From a bacterium (GTDB taxonomy: Bacteria; JAJRZV01): 64,000 bases of DNA. The notes under the pieces were generated by a model. It was not told the origin of the DNA. It saw nothing but the letters and a program-made list of their open reading frames with translations, and made no database searches. Every line of letters begins with the position of its first letter. The first letter of the stretch is position 1. Both the position numbers and the translations under genes were made by a program. The DNA is taken from positions 599 through 64,598 of the forward strand of contig JAJRZV010000025.1 in the NCBI GenBank assembly GCA_024275095.1. The letters are read 5' to 3'. This document shows positions 61,206 to 64,000 of the stretch, in pieces.

Positions 61206-63998
61206 TCAGCGAGTTCCCGTTTCAATGACATCCATTCCCCTGAGTCCCATGGGTACAAGCAGTTTGTTCTCCGCTATTGCCACCCGCGTTGGGGGGGACG
61301 TTGTGGTAAAGAAGATGTGATTGTCAGGCGAGAGGTTTTTTGCATTGAGTACCACCCCCTTGAAAAGGAACCCCTGGCTCTCAATGTAACCTTCAAGATA
61401 GTACCTGTTGTTTCTTACAGCTACAGGGTCAATAAAAGTAGTCAGTCCATCCATAACAACGTAGTCTCCTGTCACGGTGACGGTGATAAAGGAGGAGTAC
61501 CAGTATCCAGGATAAAGTGACAACCCGAGAGGTATTACAGTATGTGTGAATGCTTCCGGAGAAGTGGAGGTCAATGCATGAGAATAAACGGTTAATGTTT
61601 GTTTCCCGGTATCGAGATAGGTTCGAACCCAGTGCGTTGATGTTCTTATCACACAATCTAACATGCTTGTCTCGCTATCAGATGCAGGCAAGGAATACAG
61701 AAGGGAAGGAGGAGTCGTGGTGGTGTCGTAAACACTGAGCGTGTTGTTGTTTATCACCAGTATCCGTCCATCACCGAGGTATTCCACCAGCGTGCCTTCG
61801 ATATTTGTCCATTCAAACACGGGTGCTGTGATGTTGTCCATTTTCAAGGTGGCGAAGTAGGGTTTGATCACAGCGGTGTAGGTGTCTGCATAGTATGTTT
61901 GTTCGTAAATCCCCATATAGAACAACTGTTCGGACGCATCCCACCTCATGAGAGGCCGGGAGTAGGTGACGATGTAAGGGTAACTGTTCCAGATGGATTT
62001 AAGAACAAGATACCCCTTCACGAGATCAGGAGTGGTAACGTTGAAGACCAGAATGCCTTCCTGCGTGGTCATTTCATCATAAGTAAACCTGTCCTGCCGC
62101 ACGGGTACCATGAGATAATTGTTTGCATATCCAACGCTGTTCGGGAGAGGATTGACATTTTCCACTGACTGGCACCCTGTTACCAGTGCTCCTCCTGATG
62201 CGTGAATTTCAATCCTGAACAGGCTGAGCGTGTCGTATGTCCCGGTGAGCACACTCAGCACGTTGGGTGATATTTCTTTTGCCCATACAACGGGCCATCG
62301 CGACATGATGCGCAGTACCGGCTGAAAATGCTCTTCGCCCGTGCGTACTACTTCGTACTGGTAATAAGCGAGCCCTGAAGGGGGATACCACCAGCCCCAC
62401 CAGGGATTGCCACCTTCGTCCACCTGCATGATAATGTAATTGCCTGTTGCTATTACGTCCCGCACTGCCCGTATGAGCCGAAGTTCCGCCATGGACACGG
62501 GGTTGTCACGATTTGATAAATCTATTGCCTGGACTGAACGCCGGGATACGCTCAGAAACACGTTGTCCTGATAAGGTAGTATCCTCTGCACAATTCCGTG
62601 TTGCGCAACTTTTCCCCTTTCGACCAGGCGGTCTTCGTACAGGTCCACAAACTGAACATAACTGGTCAGCGGAAGCCACCATCTTCTTTCCGTATAAGGA
62701 AAAGCAATAAGGTTTTCCTCAGGCACCACAGTAAATGCTCTGTAGTCGTTGTATGCTTCACTGGCAGAATAATCACCGAACAGGAGCCTTGAGAGGAGTT
62801 TTGGATTTGATAAGTCCGAGACGTCGTACAGGGAAAGAGCTGTCCGGGCATTTTGGGGACCCAGCCCCAGAAGCAGGTCCCCCATCGGATAAAGCTGTTC
62901 AGACCATCCGAGAACTTCTAACTCTCCCAGCACCTGCAGGTTTTCCGGGTCCGAAAAGTCAACGACAATCAGGGGGTCCATTCGTATGAACGTAATGGCG
63001 TATCCTGTACGGCCCTGGAAGGCGCTGGCATAGAGCCTTTCGTTTTTGAGCGTTACGGACTGGAGCAATTTCCCGTTCTTCAGCGAAATGGTGTGCGCGT
63101 AAGCTTTATTCCATGTGGAAGAAAAGATCATGACCACATCCCCGTCAATCGCCATGCGGTGCTCGTCGTCCAGGTATCCAGGAATGGTCTCTACCCCGAT
63201 TTCACGCAATGTCCCGTCCGGCTTAATGAGATAGGTGTAAATGGTGGAAATAGAGCTGTAGTTGTCATCCATGCCGGGTACAGCAAGGGCCGCGTATTCT
63301 CCGTTTACGACCATGCGGGTGAATACCAGGTTGGGCTCCAGGTATTCTCTGGCGCTGACTTCTACTGTGGAGCGGGCCTCGAGAGTGCCGTCAGGGCGAA
63401 GGACAAATGTGCTGAGATAAGCCCGTGACGTATCTGTGGAAAGAGCGATGAGCACGGCATTTCGGGTTTTCAGCTGCACCAGCTCTCCCGGAACCCTTTT
63501 CTCTGTAATAATGCCGGCATCATCCGGGCTTTTTACATCCCACACCTGAACACTGCTTTCTATATCACTTTCCCGGTCAGAATTGCGGTATACATTTGCA
63601 TATCCCGCCACTCCCAGTACGAGAAACCGCCCCTGAATGACCATTCCCACAGGATAACCGTTCACAGGCAGGATGTGTTCTACGTAGGGGTCTTCAGGCT
63701 GCGAAACATCTGAAATGACCACTCCCAGGTACCTGTTCAGGTTGAAGAGGTAATTATCTTTAAAAGCCACAATATCTGGTTCTTTGTCAAAGGAGACAGC
63801 TTCTTCACCTCCCTGAGCCGGCTGGGATGCCTCGTAAAATGCCATGTTCCCCGGCTCAAAGAGTACTATGACAGGCCATCCATTGCAGTAGTTATAGTAC
63901 CTGATGTCGTTCCGGTTGTATTGAAAAGACGAGTCACGAACATAAATGTTCGAGATTTTTTGAAAATTCACCTGGGTAATTGTGTTGGGACATGATGT
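61206..63998 (-). CDS. Beta-propeller domain protein (Beta_propel-like), 5'-partial
   Basis: ERLYASAF...YAITFIRMDPLIVVDFSDP...GELEVLGWSEQLYP, SLYDVSD, SEAYNDYRAF. Frame is open to the window edge. Confidence 0.8.
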   Translation of the reverse strand, partial: TSCPNTITQVNFQKISNIYVRDSSFQYNRNDIRYYNYCNGWPVIVLFEPGNMAFYEASQPAQGGEEAVSFDKEPDIVAFKDNYLFNLNRYLGVVISDVSQPEDPYVEHILPVNGYPVGMVIQGRFLVLGVAGYANVYRNSDRESDIESSVQVWDVKSPDDAGIITEKRVPGELVQLKTRNAVLIALSTDTSRAYLSTFVLRPDGTLEARSTVEVSAREYLEPNLVFTRMVVNGEYAALAVPGMDDNYSSISTIYTYLIKPDGTLREIGVETIPGYLDDEHRMAIDGDVVMIFSSTWNKAYAHTISLKNGKLLQSVTLKNERLYASAFQGRTGYAITFIRMDPLIVVDFSDPENLQVLGELEVLGWSEQLYPMGDLLLGLGPQNARTALSLYDVSDLSNPKLLSRLLFGDYSASEAYNDYRAFTVVPEENLIAFPYTERRWWLPLTSYVQFVDLYEDRLVERGKVAQHGIVQRILPYQDNVFLSVSRRSVQAIDLSNRDNPVSMAELRLIRAVRDVIATGNYIIMQVDEGGNPWWGWWYPPSGLAYYQYEVVRTGEEHFQPVLRIMSRWPVVWAKEISPNVLSVLTGTYDTLSLFRIEIHASGGALVTGCQSVENVNPLPNSVGYANNYLMVPVRQDRFTYDEMTTQEGILVFNVTTPDLVKGYLVLKSIWNSYPYIVTYSRPLMRWDASEQLFYMGIYEQTYYADTYTAVIKPYFATLKMDNITAPVFEWTNIEGTLVEYLGDGRILVINNNTLSVYDTTTTPPSLLYSLPASDSETSMLDCVIRTSTHWVRTYLDTGKQTLTVYSHALTSTSPEAFTHTVIPLGLSLYPGYWYSSFITVTVTGDYVVMDGLTTFIDPVAVRNNRYYLEGYIESQGFLFKGVVLNAKNLSPDNHIFFTTTSPPTRVAIAENKLLVPMGLRGMDVIETGTR

Positions 63999-64000
63999 GA

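Noticed and set aside
1-64000. CRISPR array, cas genes, integrase, transposase, rRNA
   Set aside because: No regularly spaced repeats or matching motifs found by eye.
1-64000. Genome-wide reassignment of TAA to Glu
   Set aside because: TAA terminates efp, crcB, DUF190, ptsH, ptsI and rapZ at their expected C-termini.

Overview
Bacterial chromosome segment, roughly mid-40s % GC by eye. Gene content points to a deltaproteobacterial lineage (Myxococcota/Bdellovibrionota/Desulfobacterota-like): sgmX-exeA-tamB-tamA-romY-like cluster, TIGR02266-type PilZ proteins, ptsN-hprK-rapZ-manX-ptsH-ptsI, metK-ahcY. The first ~10 kb is accessory. It holds the tail of a higher-GC defence-like operon (SRA-HNH nuclease, MIG-type G:T glycosylase, DUF4236-TPR), decayed PIF1/FkbM/peptidase genes, two Cys-rich lipoproteins and a fluoride riboswitch-crcB-DUF190 unit. 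The rest is mostly housekeeping, with tRNA-Gly(CCC) and tRNA-Asp(GTC). Most notable: (1) an AmrS radical SAM gene lacking its N-terminal EAxFY motif, translationally coupled on both sides to small hydrophobic proteins that each end in REAxFY (one is absent from the ORF track); (2) three otherwise intact genes (tandem PilZ, sgmX-like, efp) each broken by a single in-frame TAA, at least two at expected Glu positions; (3) the SRA-HNH + MIG pairing; (4) an EF-P with a KARR loop in place of PGKG. All family assignments are from motif recognition; no database search was run.
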